DNA of 64,000 bases from Camelus dromedarius. Its lineage: Eukaryota. Both the position numbers and the translations under genes were made by a program. Below, piece after piece: positions 25,981 through 37,978 of the stretch. Position 1 is the first letter of the stretch; the number at the start of each line of letters is the position of its first letter. The DNA lies in assembly GCF_036321535.1 (NCBI RefSeq), contig NC_087436.1, positions 105,464,001 to 105,528,000 of the forward strand, in the 5' to 3' direction. The notes under the pieces were generated by a model, which saw nothing but the letters and a program-made list of their open reading frames with translations, was not told where the DNA came from and ran no database searches.

Positions 25981-26044
25981 CACGCTGGGCAAGCGTTTTT
26001 CCCGGTGGCAGCCCTAACCCCCTCTCCTTTCTTTTGGAGCACAG

Positions 26045-26862
26045 GTCAGTCCATCGTGGGCTGTAAGGCCATCCTCATCGACGACCAGGTCTTCGTGGTG
26101 GTGGCCCAGCTCTTTGGTGGCTCTCACATTTACAGATACGATGAGAGCTGGACCAAGTTTGTCAAATTCCAAGACATAGAAGTCTCCCGCATCTCCAAGC
26201 CCAACGACATCGAGCTGTTTCAGATCGAGGACGAGACATTCTTTGTCATCGCCGACAGCTCCAAAGCCGGCCTGTCCACCGTTTATAAGTGGAACAGCAA
26301 AGGCTTCTACTCATACCAGTCGCTGCACGAGTGGTTCCGGGACACAGATGCGGAGTTTGTGGACATAGATGGAAAGTCACACCTGATCCTGTCCAGCCGC
26401 TCCCAGGTCCCCATCATCCTCCAGTGGAATAAGAGCTCTAAGAAGTTTGTCCCCCATAGTGACATCCCCAACATGGAGGACGTGCTGGCCGTGAAGAGCT
26501 TTAGGATGCAGAACACCCTCTACCTTTCCCTCACCCGCTTCATCGGGGACTCCAGGGTCATGAGGTGGAACAGTAAACAGTTTGTGGAGATCCAGGCTCT
26601 TCCGTCCCGGGGGGCCATGACCCTGCAGCCCTTTTCCTTTAAAGATAATCACTACCTGGCCCTGGGGAGTGACTATACGTTCTCCCAGATCTACCAGTGG
26701 GATAAAGAGAAACAGCTCTTCAAAAAATTTAAGGAGATTTATGTGCAGGCGCCTCGTTCCTTCACAGCCGTCTCCACTGACAGGAGAGATTTCTTTTTCG
26801 CATCCAGTTTCAAAGGGAAAACAAAGATTTTTGAACACATAGTGGTTGACTTAAGTTTGTGA
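26045..26862 (+). CDS. LGI2: LGI2 exon 8 coding part (remaining EPTP/EAR repeats, beta-propeller) to TGA
   Basis: Pyrimidine tract + cacag acceptor; (G)QSIVGCKAILIDDQVFVVVAQLFGGSHIY...FKGKTKIFEHIVVDLSL*; the 8 exons total 1644 nt with the frame preserved. Confidence 0.97.
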
Positions 26863-29238
26863 AGGTGTGCTTGGTGAATTTAAAAGACACGCAGCTTTAC
26901 CTTTTAAAAGAGAGGACCGAGGTGGGGTGGGGCGGGGTAGGGGGAGAAAAAAGAAGCCAGGTTCACAGTGCTGACGTTAAAAATGCACTGGGGAAGTAGT
27001 TAGAGGTTTTCAAACTTTTAGAACTCATGTTTTAATCAGGGATTGCATTTGTTGGCTAACTGCATGACACATCCATTCTGCCACATAAAAAGTCATCTTA
27101 AAACCTGTAATTGCTAAGAGCACAGCATTGACTCTTACCATCTAGGGAAGTAACGTGCTTTTATTTTTTTTTTCTTTTAATGAGGAAGAAGAAAATCGGA
27201 TAAGATAGGATAGCTCTTATGATGAAATGATAATAATAAAAAAAGACCAAACATACTATGGGCCCTTCTCATTCCGTTTTAGTAGTCTTTTTAATAAGAA
27301 CTCTTAAAGCCAAAGTCAGCTGAAAAGATTTGCTGCTGATTACTTTAAAAATCTGCTAATACTCAGCAATGCTATTTTGAGCCATCCCAGATTCCCGAAT
27401 CCCCCCTAAGAGCCCAGCCTCGGCTATTTCACCGGCTCATATGGATGTCCATCCCGGGTGTGTTAACAAAATAACTTCTGACATTGCTTCCTTCGCTACA
27501 AAGAAAATGTTCTGCTGACACATGTCTAGGCCCGGGGCTGGGCTGTGGGCCAGGAGTGTGACACAGTCATCCTCTCCTCTTGTGGTTGAAAGCTGACCCC
27601 CACGGTGGCCGGAGCAACAGTGCTTGTTTGATGCTCTGTGCGACTCATCGGCTTCACTGGACCTGTCCTTTGAGCCTGTGGGTAACCAGCAGACAGGCCA
27701 AAGACAGAGCGGTGCTTTTTATTCTGTCCTTTAGAGCAGCAGAACAGGTATTTCCATCTGATGAGCATTCGGTAGTTTTTGAAGTAGGATTTTGTGGAGT
27801 CAAAGAGGACTTTACACAAGTCCTGATGTTCTTTGAAACCTAGAGACAGCTCGTTGATTGATGCATGTCGTTGCCCTCTGGGCAACTTAATATTTCAAGT
27901 AATTGAATACCAGCCTGCCCACCTAGCCACCTGCCCACCTGCCTACCTCCCTCCTCGTGTCACAGTCCTGCTTTGTTGACTGGCTGACGTTGCTGCTGCC
28001 AGTGCAGTCCTTCCAAAGGTGCTGCAGCCCCGAATTGCAGAACCCAGGGTCCTCATGACGGCAGTGCGCCTCCTCCTCCCGGCACGCTAGCAGAGGAAAC
28101 CCACACCCTCTCAAGGGGCCATGTGCGCAGGGCGCTCGTCCTGTACGGGCTGCGGCAGGGGGTGTGGGCGGGAGGCTCCAGCTCTTCTGGAGGGACCAGA
28201 TTTGGAGCCAGACAGGCGGAGTCCCCCGGACCACATCTGCACTCAGGAGACCAGATGGCCTCTCTGGTGTAGCCCACTGGGAAGCTCACAGGGTCTGGTT
28301 TTGTGGGAGGTTCCAGGTGGATATTCTGCCTGGTTAGCTGGTTCACTTCAGAGACTGTGAAATGAGTGGCTCTCAATCAAGGAGCAATCCAGCGCTTCTC
28401 TCCTGGCCGTGACAGTGGCACAGGCATCCTGTATTGTATTGCTGTTTTTTAATGATTGCTTGCCAAGTCGTGAGTAGGTAGATGTTTTGTCACAAATATG
28501 AATGTGTTTGTTGTTTCCAGACTTTAAGCAATGCAGATTGAGGCAATAAATAGCACTTAGAGAACCATGCGTCGATGTCACAACAGCACTCTTGGGTGCA
28601 TTCTGGGACTGCAGGCGCAGGGCTTCCAGCCTAGGGCCCCAGGGACGGTAATGAACTAACTCACCCACACGTGGTAGCGTTGCCGTTTGAAACTTTCCTA
28701 CTAAGCGTGGAGCAAACAGGAAAAAGGAGGTTTGTTTTCATTTTTTAAGCACAAATCACTCTTTTCTCCATGTTCTTTTGCCTTCCTGGTTTATTTGAAT
28801 TGACTGCAAATGCCCCACATCGGAGGCTAAAAGTGGGACAGCTCTGCTGGTCCTCTAGCTGTCAGGACCAGCAAGCTCTTCTTTCTGGTGCCTGGAACCC
28901 CTCAGATAAGGCTGGGTTGACAACAGGCACTTGGCCAGGAGTGAAGGGGACATTTAGACGGTCCTAGGTCAAAATGATGTTCTGGATTCCAGCTGCTGGT
29001 GGAGGAGGCAATGGGTGCATCTTTTCACAGTGCTGCCTCCATGGAGCAGGGACCACCTTCCCAGCCTCAGCTCTGAGGGTGGGGTTAGGGGCCACCAGCT
29101 GCACTCACCACACAGGTAACCATTGCCCAGAATCTGGAAAACTGGGAGCACAGGGTGCTGGGCTGGGGCTGGGGGCATGTGCTGAGTCCAGGTGAGACTC
29201 TGGGCGGGGGTGAAAGAAAGATCTAAAGCAATTGGGGA

Positions 29239-29372
29239 GGGGAAGAGAGCATAGCTCTGTGGTAGACTGCATGCTTAGCATGCATGAGGTCCTGGGTTCC
29301 ATCCCCAGTATCTCTGTTAAAAATAAATAAATAAATGCCACCACTACCACCCCCCAAAAAACTTAACTAAAA
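29239..29372 (+). mobile_element. tRNA-Ala-derived SINE (vic-1-like) in the LGI2 3' UTR
   Basis: tRNA-like head, (AATA)n/A-rich tail, perfect 15-bp TSD taaagcaattgggga at 29224-29238 and 29373-29387. Confidence 0.9.
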
Positions 29373-31538
29373 TAAAGCAATTGGGGATGGGGAGGGTGTT
29401 GGGGATGAGAGTGAGAGGGTGGGTAATCCACTCAGCTGCAGTCAGGCTTTTTCTTTGAAAAGAATCATAGACACGATCAGAGTCTGCCATCTACAGAGTC
29501 CCTGTGCTGAGGGAGGAGATATTTGTTCTGGCCGACTTACCGAAGCAGCGTAGATGTTCTTGGCACGAGGCTGTGGAAGCTTTGCTTCATTAATCTTACT
29601 GCTCCAGCCCGAGAATCCCAAGAAACAATTTCTGCCAGAAGCTTTCTTCCAGTAATAATGGAAGACCGAAAAAACCCAAACAAGAACAACAACGAAAACC
29701 CAAAGCAAGGAGACACGTGGGACCGTCCCCCGTGGACCTCACCCCGGGGGAGGCTGCTCTTGCTTCTCGATTCCTTCCCATCACCCGTCGGTTGATCACC
29801 TTCTCCCGCTGTTTCTTCTTTGTAATCTCGGTGTCTAAGCTCCCAGACGAGTCCCTCCACATGGGACTTGTCCCCAAACTCCATGGGGCCAGGAACAGAT
29901 CTCTTAGGAAGACTCCAGAAGCAAGTCTTAGGTGTGAATAGCACTGTGTTCTTGGGCACCGGATAAATAAGACTGCCTGCCGTTTGGCAAAACTTTACAT
30001 TTTTCCAGTGCACCTTGGTGTTCATCTCATTTGTTCATAAATAGTTCTTCAAAACCCTTAAGTCGATCGTCTGCTCGAGACTGTCCAGGGATGAGTGGCA
30101 AAACTAGAGCCTCCCCTCTGAACAGCAGGCTTTGTATTTTCTTTCTGTGACCCTGCTGTTCCCTCCGAGTGAAGACTTTCTATCATGGTTTTGAATATAG
30201 CAGCACCGTGAGATAAAATTAAAAATGCAGCAAAATGGGCAGAAGGAAAATCGTGCTGAACAGACACCGTTCAATCAACCAGTCCGTTTAACGATGAAAC
30301 ACTGCAGAACTGCTATTTACATGCAAGACCTTCTTAAAAGTCTGCCAGAAGTTACAGATAATTTTCTGCTCTAAGGAGGGTGTTTAGCGAGCACGGTGGT
30401 TTCTCCCCCAACATGTTAGCTACAGGAGGGATGTTAAAGTTGAGACACATCTGGTTCTTGTCAAAATGTCCACAAGATAAACAAGAAGAGCTCTGGGAGG
30501 GAAAAACTGAAACCCCTAATGCACAAGTGATGATGAATTGCTCCTGGGCTGGAGTCAGCCTTTGGGGAACACGCTGGAAATGGCAGTGTTGCATTTTTCT
30601 TCCCCATGGAGTGAGAGGCTGTGTATTTTTAGGAAAGAAATCAGTGTGGGATGCTGGAGGTTTGGCTGCTGGAACACTCACGATGGAAATTTCTCCGACC
30701 TGGGGTATAATGAAAAAGAGATGAAGGTCTACAGGAGGGGAGTCTATTTGCATGCCCTCTGAAGAAAATCTCTTTAGCCAGCTTCCTGATTCTTCTGCAG
30801 AGGTATGAGCCCCTCGCTCACAGTTTTGAAAGTTCTTTAATTGGGCAGTGGTCAAAGATTCTGTGAAATAGCATTCTGGAATGGAATGCTGTATAATCTG
30901 GATGTTGACACAGTGAGCATGGTGGCCCAGACTTTGGGGACAATGTAAAGGAAATGGGCAGAAAGGCAAGGCAGGTGGCTGTGGAGAGAACTCTTTTGGG
31001 AGAGTAGAATCAATTGGAAGAAAAGAAAAAGTAATAATGATTTCCTTTGCCTCAGCCAGGCAAGTAGATGATGGAAGCCCCAGGCAGATTTAACAGCATC
31101 CCAATTATTAGTGGAGAGAGCCAATTGTAATGCTGATTAAAATAAGAATTACATTGCAAAGCTACTGAGATCTAAACTGGGCCACTCCTATCCTTGTGTT
31201 ATTCCATTGCTTGCATCAAAAATTCAGGGTTTTTTTTTTTTTTTTTTTTTTTTTTGTGGTAGGAAACTATCCATTCCCCGTCAATCCCTTTGACTATCAG
31301 GAATGTATGACCTGTGATAAAATCAGCCAATATACCATTTGGTACCATTTTTATGTATATTAAATGCATAACTTAGGGAAAAGAAGAATACTTTCTATGT
31401 AAATGAAAGCAAATTTTGCAATCTTCAATGCAAGCTACAATGGATGAAATTTAAGGCTGAATATATATGTAGCTCTTTTTGTTAAATAGACTTAACAAAT
31501 GATATGTCTCTTAATTCAATGTATTCTGTAAACCTATG

Positions 31539-31544
31539 AATAAA
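31539..31544 (+). terminator. LGI2: Probable distal polyadenylation signal AATAAA
   Basis: AATAAA preceded by TGTA elements (aatgtattctgtaaacc) and followed by a T/GT-rich element (gctttgatttctggtctgcttg). Confidence 0.7.
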
Positions 31545-32339
31545 AAGTAGCCCGTGCCTAACATGGCTTTGATTTCTGGTCTGCTTGAATATGGGTATGT
31601 CCACGTGAGTCACAGAGTGAAAGGGCCGGCCACGATGGGCTACTGAGGAAGGGTAGAGAGTGCCCACATGTCTTGGTGGCTCCCTTTCCCATTTAAATGG
31701 AAGGTGGGCTCAGCGGGGACCTCTTGCTGCTTCTATTTGCAAGCTAAACAGTCACAGCAGAACTTTTACAGGTACACCTTGGCCTGATCTGCGGACTCAC
31801 AATCTTGATTAGTTGACAAAGCACTCTAGGGATCTCTGAGTGTTTGATTCCACTGGTAAGAAGATGAGATGACAAGATCCTATTGGTGGGTTGAACCATG
31901 ATCGACTTGAGAGCCAGACTTTTGATTTGCTCTCTGCGTGTCCGAGAGCCAACCTGGTACCTAGTAGGTGTGCAGTAAAAGTTCACCACATGTCTCTATG
32001 TGTTTAATCTAAGACCCATTTGGTTTAGTTGAACAAATGAAGGATCAAAAGCTCAAATCACATATGACTGTGTACCTACTGTGTGTCAGGAGGTACTTTG
32101 ATATGCTTTGGGTTTTTTGGGTTTTTTTTTTGGCCACATGGGTTTGTTTTTTTTTTTAAAGTTCTAGAACACAGTTCTTGCCCTCATGGGACTTACAGTC
32201 TAGCTGAGAGGAAAAGTCATAACCGCATGAAGCTGTGGTTACAGCACAAGTTCTAGGGAATATTCTGCATCACAAAGTGATGTGTGACTAATTGTGCAAT
32301 GAACGAGACACGTAGGGGTGACAACCAAATATTTAACTA

Positions 32340-32880
32340 TTGGTGTGTGTGGCCTGAATTAGTTTAACAAATGACCACACATATAGTGTCTTAAAACAAA
32401 ACACGTTCATTGGCTTATAGTTCCTGTGGGTCAGGAGTCCTGGCATGGGTCCCAGGGTCCTCTGCTCAGGGTGTCACAAGGCTGTAATCAAGGTGTTGGC
32501 CAGACCACATTCTCATTTGGTGACTCAAATGGGGAAAAATCTGACCTCAAGCTCATTTAGGTTGTTGGTAGATTTCATTTCCTTGTGATTATGGGACTGA
32601 GGGCTGTTTTTTTGCTGGCTGTGGTTGGGGGCAGTTTCAGCCCCTTGGGGCCGCCCACAGCTCCATGCTGCTGGCCTTCTCCACAGTCTCCTCACAGCAC
32701 AAACTGTTGGTTTCTTCATGGGCATTAGGAGTCATAGGCCTGGCATCCTATCACCTTTGTTCTATTCTGTTGTTTGGAGCAGGTCCCAAGGCCTGCCCTC
32801 CCTCGTCAGGAGGGGATTATAAAGAACCCGACTCCTGGGGAGGGATCACCCTGGAGTGTGTCCACAACAGGCACCAACCA
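32340..32880. mobile_element. MaLR (MLT1-type) solo LTR
   Basis: acaaatgaccaca...cttaaaacaa...gggtcaggagtcc...caaggctgtaatcaaggtgttggc motifs. Confidence 0.65.
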
Positions 32881-34789
32881 ACAGAATGGATGCGCCACTG
32901 ATCAGAATGGACAGTGGTCATAAGCAGCCTGGGCCCAGGGCATCTGGTGGCATATGAGCTGTGAAGACAGATAATAAATTCATAGGAGAAAAGGTCACTT
33001 TGGGCCAGGACAACTCTTTTGACCAGGATCAAGGGGAGAGGGGCCTGGTTCCTTTTCATTACTGTCTGGCATTTGTGGAGAAGGGAGGAAAGAACCAAAT
33101 TTCTCCAAACCTGCAAGTCAGAAGCTCATTCACCCCAATCTCTCAGTGCGTTTCATCTCAAAACTCAAACACTCTGTGCAGATTTCCTGGTCCCGGCTAT
33201 GCACCCATTAGCCAGGCAGGAACACTGATTCCGTCTGTTTCTCAGAGAGCTGACTGAGGGAGGCTAACTGTCGAAGAAGAATTGGAGGCATGAGTCATGT
33301 GTCACTTTCACTGATCACCTGCTCTTGCAACTAGTTTCTCTCCCTGCCTCCCAGACAGGATAACCCTTTACTAACCAGCACCTAATGGGCACAAATGACT
33401 TTTCCCAACACATTGGTAGCAGAGCTGAGACTGAAGGCTTTGGATGAACCCCACCTCTTGGCCTCTGCTCCAGGCTGCCTCTTCATAAACCTGAACTTCT
33501 CCTGCCTTCAGCCAGACAGCAAACCAAGACAACGCAGGCGGAGAGGCCCACAGTATGGAGGCACTGCCCCAGAATCCCCAGCACCTTCTGAAATTGTATG
33601 GGATCCCTGGAGAACATTTTCCTGCGTACATCTCCAGGTTCTGCTCCAGGAAGTCTACTAGAAACCAAGAGAAAAGGCACAGTTACACTCCATCATCTTG
33701 CAGGAAACAATCGTTAGGGCAGAGAGAAACCTGCTCAGCCCTCCAAGTCCCCCCCTCACCCCAACCATCATCCCCCGAAATGACCCAGGGCCCTGATCAG
33801 CATGTCCAGCAGCAGGGCTGCAAGATTCTGGGTTGGGTCAGCAGCGCAGTTAGCTCTGTCATCTCTCTGTTTGCTCTCCAGGGCAGTAGGGGCTGGAAAG
33901 CATAAGAAAGTAAGATTGAGGCCTCAGGAAAAAATAGCAGTCTTGGCACTTGTCCTGGCCCCAGGCTCAACTCTGCTCACCCCTGCGGTGATTCACTTCT
34001 AATCTCTTGCCTCTGCTTCTCCTGACCCATCTAAGAATTCTGGATACATCGCAACTCCAGAGTATTTTTATTTCAAGTTTATGTTGTTCCTCTGTCCTTT
34101 TGGATTACAGCATTTTAGTTCATAAATAATGTGAAAATTCAAATGGACTTTTTCACTTGATTCTTTTCAACTAATACTGAGTATCCATGACTTGAACAGT
34201 GCTGTGCTAGGTACTGAGGATACAAAAGTCTTTAGAGAGAGGCAAATGCATTTAAGAAACTTTAAAAATAGTGTTTCCTTGCCATTTTACATTTATGGTG
34301 GAAATTCTCAGGGAATGTGAATGTAACCCGAGCAAATAATGAGACCCATGTGATCCAGTTTCACCGCAGTGTAGCATTTAATAAAACAGCCCCGAACCAA
34401 AGAGCTCATACAAGCGATTCTGATCTCTCCTTGTGTCCCTGTGAGAAGAGGGAAGTCTGTTCATAACCTTCCACACACCACTTCTTAAATCCAGCCTCCC
34501 CCCCCCAAGCCTCCCGCTCTCCAACATCTCCCATCAGCAGCAGCCCCAGTCCTGTTTCAAAACCCTCTGTTTCAAAAACCTCCCCTACATCACCACGTCA
34601 TCCACTCCCCGGCCCCTTTCCCGTTTCTTCACCTCAGTTTTCCTGCGATGGCAGTAGGGGGAAAGAAGCTCTAATGCTCAAATGGTAATGTGTTTCATTC
34701 TTGCTGTAGTAAGTTCAGAACATTTTCAGATTCTTGTGCATTTGCTTTTCTTTTTCTGCACCGTGTTATTTGTGGTGGTTTTAAAATAA

Positions 34790-35295
34790 GTGCACAAGTT
34801 CTTTGATTGCCACCCCAACCCACCCCGGGGGTGGAGCCCGATCTCCCTTTCTGTGAGGGCAGGTTGTAGTTTGTGACTGGCTTCTAAGGAACAGAATGTG
34901 GCAGGAGTTCAGCGTGTAACTTCTGAGAATAGGTCTTGAAAGGTATGTGGCTTCCTTCTTGCTGGCTCTCGGATTGCTGCCGCTGAGAAGCGGGTCACCG
35001 TGCTGTGAGGACACTCAAGCAGCCTGCAAGAGGCCCACACGGGAGGAACTGAGGCCTCCTGCCAACACCAGCACCAGGTGAGTGAACCACCCTGCAGGAG
35101 GATCTGTCACCCCCAGTCAAGCCTTCAGATGACTGCACACCTGGCCAACATCTTGACTCCAGCCTCTAGAGAAATCCTGTGTCACTAAGCCACTCCTGGA
35201 TTTCTGACCCCTGAAACTGAGATAATAAGTGTTTATCATTTTAAGCTGCTGAGTAGTGGAGTTTTTGTTACACAGTAATGAATAAATAATATACT
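34790..35295. mobile_element. MaLR (MLT1D/F-like) solo LTR
   Basis: gaggaactgaggcctcctgcc, ccagtcaagccttcagatgactgc, ends ttttaagctgctgag...gttacacagtaatgaataaataata. Confidence 0.75.
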
Positions 35296-35369
35296 ATTTT
35301 GATTGGCTTATAGGAATGAGATTGTTGCCAGATGAATCCAGTAAAAGTTTAGGAGCCAATATATACACG

Positions 35370-35540
35370 TGCCACACCACACACAGACACACAGACACAC
35401 ACACACACACAATTACACAAACCACACCACACACGCAGCACACTGCACCACACACACACATCGTGTCACATCAGACACACACACACAAACACATGCCACA
35501 CATACTACCCTCCCCACCCCCAACAGCACATACACACGTA
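35370..35540. repeat. Degenerate (CA)n-rich simple repeat
   Basis: Interrupted cacacac arrays. Confidence 0.85.
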
Positions 35541-35889
35541 CATTGTTAAAGGGACAGTGCCATTTCCACAAATGTCTCGTGCTTAGGTTGGTATATGCCT
35601 CCTAAGTAAACAGCTATATTAAAATTAAAAGGAAATAATGTTCAATTTAGCTAAAAAAATCAGGGGAGGTTACTTGAAGCATTTAAACAGACTCCTGACT
35701 GGGGATTGAATTTGGAAGAGGAATGCAATTGCCTTAACCTCCTTAACCACTTCCAAGAATTCTCAGTGACAGAGAGGCTTGTGGGTTGTGGCTGAGCTAG
35801 AGAAAGACAGTGGTGCTCTGAACACCATCCAGGACACCTCAGGGACATCTTTGTCAACTCTTGGGCTTTGAGGTAACTCTGTCACTAAC

Positions 35890-36248
35890 TGCTATGGACT
35901 GAATGTTTGTTTCCCCCTAAAGTTTGTATGCTGAAGCCTAACCCCCAATGTGGTGGTAATTGGAGGTGGGGCCTTTAAGAGGTGATTAGGTCATGAGAGT
36001 GAAGCCCTCATGAAAGGCACTAGTGCCCTTAAAAAAAAAAGGAGGAGACACAGGATGGCTCCCTCTGTCACTTGAAGATGTAAAATAGGAGGCAGCCATC
36101 TGCAAGCTGGGAAGCCGGTCCTCACCAGACACGGAATCTGCCAGCACCTTGATCGTAGGCTTCCAGCCTCCAGAACCGTGAGAAGTAAGTGTGGTTTAGC
36201 CTCCCAGTCTCTGGTTTACTGCTGTAGCAGCCTGAACAGACTAAGGCA
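35890..36248. mobile_element. MaLR (MLT1A/MST-like) solo LTR
   Basis: TG...CA termini (tgctatggactgaatg ... gactaaggca); near-TSD ctaac/caaac. Confidence 0.85.
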
Positions 36249-37784
36249 CAAACCCCCGTTCTCTGCCTTAAAACTGTACCCATTGACAAATAGGAAAATG
36301 CCAGAATAGCACCTCCATTACTGGTGCCTTGAGACTGTGACTTATTTTCTGCAGGCAGGTGTGTTCCCTAACACTGGTCGCTGAAGCAGACTGGCGTAGC
36401 CGGTCACAGACCTACACTGTGGAGGAACAAGAGGCACGCTTGCCCCGGGCAGGCAGAGCAGGAGGGAGGGGGTGAGAGTGGGTTTAGCGGTCCAATTCCT
36501 CGTCCTGAGTCACCAACCACATTAAGGCATCCCCTCTCATCCAGGGTGGAGAGAGTGAAGCCAGCAGGTTGGTGCCTCGAGTATTGCTGCTCCTGGGCTC
36601 CCTCCATGAGGAGAGAAACCTCAGGAGATGGAAAGGAGCCTCTTCTCCAGTAACATCAACAGCTCAGGACAAGGCAATGCGTCGTGGTCCCTGAGCGGAT
36701 CTGGGGAGCTTGCGCTTCCTGTTCCCTAACTGTTTGCAAGTCATCCACAGAGGCCAGGGGAATATATTTTTAACCACTTGAAAAAGATTTTTTGGTGTAA
36801 AATACACTGGAAGAAAAGGGAAATTTGCCAGCATTAGGGGAGGAGCCTTTCTGCAGGTGATGGGAGAGGATACAGCTCAGTAATCTGCTATTCTCCCCAC
36901 AATCTCTTTCTAATTTTTTATTCTCTATTTTATCATCTTTCCCCACTGCATAGCACCCAATATAGTGAAATACAATGTCATTCCGGGGTCCTGAAAGAAG
37001 CAGGTCAAATTTAAATGTCTTTCAGTAACATAGAAAGTCAGGAGAATTTTCTGGCATTTCATATTTTCAGCAAAGTGGAGTATCTGCTCTACTTACTAAA
37101 AATGACACTCTCCCCACCGTTTCCATCTGCATTCACGTCCTGCACGCACTGCTGAGGTCGCTTTTTCCCCTTATGTTTACTGCCAATCCATTTGCATTTT
37201 CTGTCACAATAAATAACCTCCAATGAGTAGGTTCCAGCCCTGGCTCTTTCTAAGCATGGAATCACAGGCAATGATTTATAGTCATCATGGCCCAGAGGAA
37301 GGGATAAGTGGACATTTCTAAAGGAAAAATAAGTGAATTCAAACAAAAGCTCAATGGCTGTTAGGAAGTTAAAGACGTGAAACTTCCATAACCATTAAAG
37401 TTGTGGGTGGAGAAGGAGCCATGGCTGGAGGAGGCTCTCATTGGTGTCTGCATGGGTCACCACCATTTTCCCAGCACCCAGTATGCTGCCTCGTCAAGAA
37501 GGAGTCTCCATGCATATTTGCTGAAAGAATGCTGACTGAATAAGTGGTTGACGGCTGCTGAATGCTGGATACTAGGCAGAGCGCATTACACGCCTTACTT
37601 CATTGCTTCTCACATCACCACAGTTCTATGAAGCAGGCACTCTCATATCCCCACTTCACAGACGAGAAAATGGAGGCAAAAAGGGGCTTCCCTGGGTCAC
37701 ACTGCTAAAGAGCGGCAAAGGTAGGTAACTCGCTCCAGTTTGTGCCGCGATGAAGACCTGGGAAAGGATAGGGTTCACCACCAG

Positions 37785-37978
37785 GATAGGGTTAAAAACA
37801 CATGATGCCCAGTTAAATTTGAATTTCAGATAACAGTAGATTTTTTTAGTGTAAGGATATCCCAAATATTACATGGGATACACTTATGCTAAAAAATTAG
37901 TCCTTGTTTTTCTGAAATTCAAACTGAATGGATACAGCAAAATTTTAGCAAATTTTGTTTCCTAATCTGGCAGCCCTA
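37785..37978. mobile_element. MER53-like hAT MITE
   Basis: tgcccagttaaatttgaatttcagataa ... ctgaaattcaaa ... tctggcagcccta, internally palindromic. Confidence 0.7.

Larger units (their letters stand above)
26863..31560 (+). other. LGI2: Long LGI2 3' UTR (~4.7 kb)
   Basis: Region after the stop is almost free of old repeats, ends AU-rich with a poly(A) signal, and dense repeats resume after ~32.1 kb. The length fits my recollection of the long human LGI2 mRNA; the end is inferred. Confidence 0.7.

Noticed and set aside
25891..26044. 5' extension of the 323-aa ORF as a single-exon gene
   Set aside because: The extension is intronic, partly antisense L1, and starts at TTG; homology begins at the acceptor at 26045.
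26377..26838. 153-aa antisense ORF over exon 8
   Set aside because: Shadow ORF of a coding exon with no recognisable domain.
28354..29948. miRNA seed matches (miR-27 ACTGTGAA 28354, miR-181 TGAATGT 28499, miR-128 CACTGTG 29942)
   Set aside because: Some 7-8mers are expected by chance in a 4.7 kb UTR, and conservation cannot be assessed here.
30352..30969. 205-aa minus-strand ORF in the 3' UTR
   Set aside because: No domain, promoter or splice support; within chance for six frames of 64 kb.
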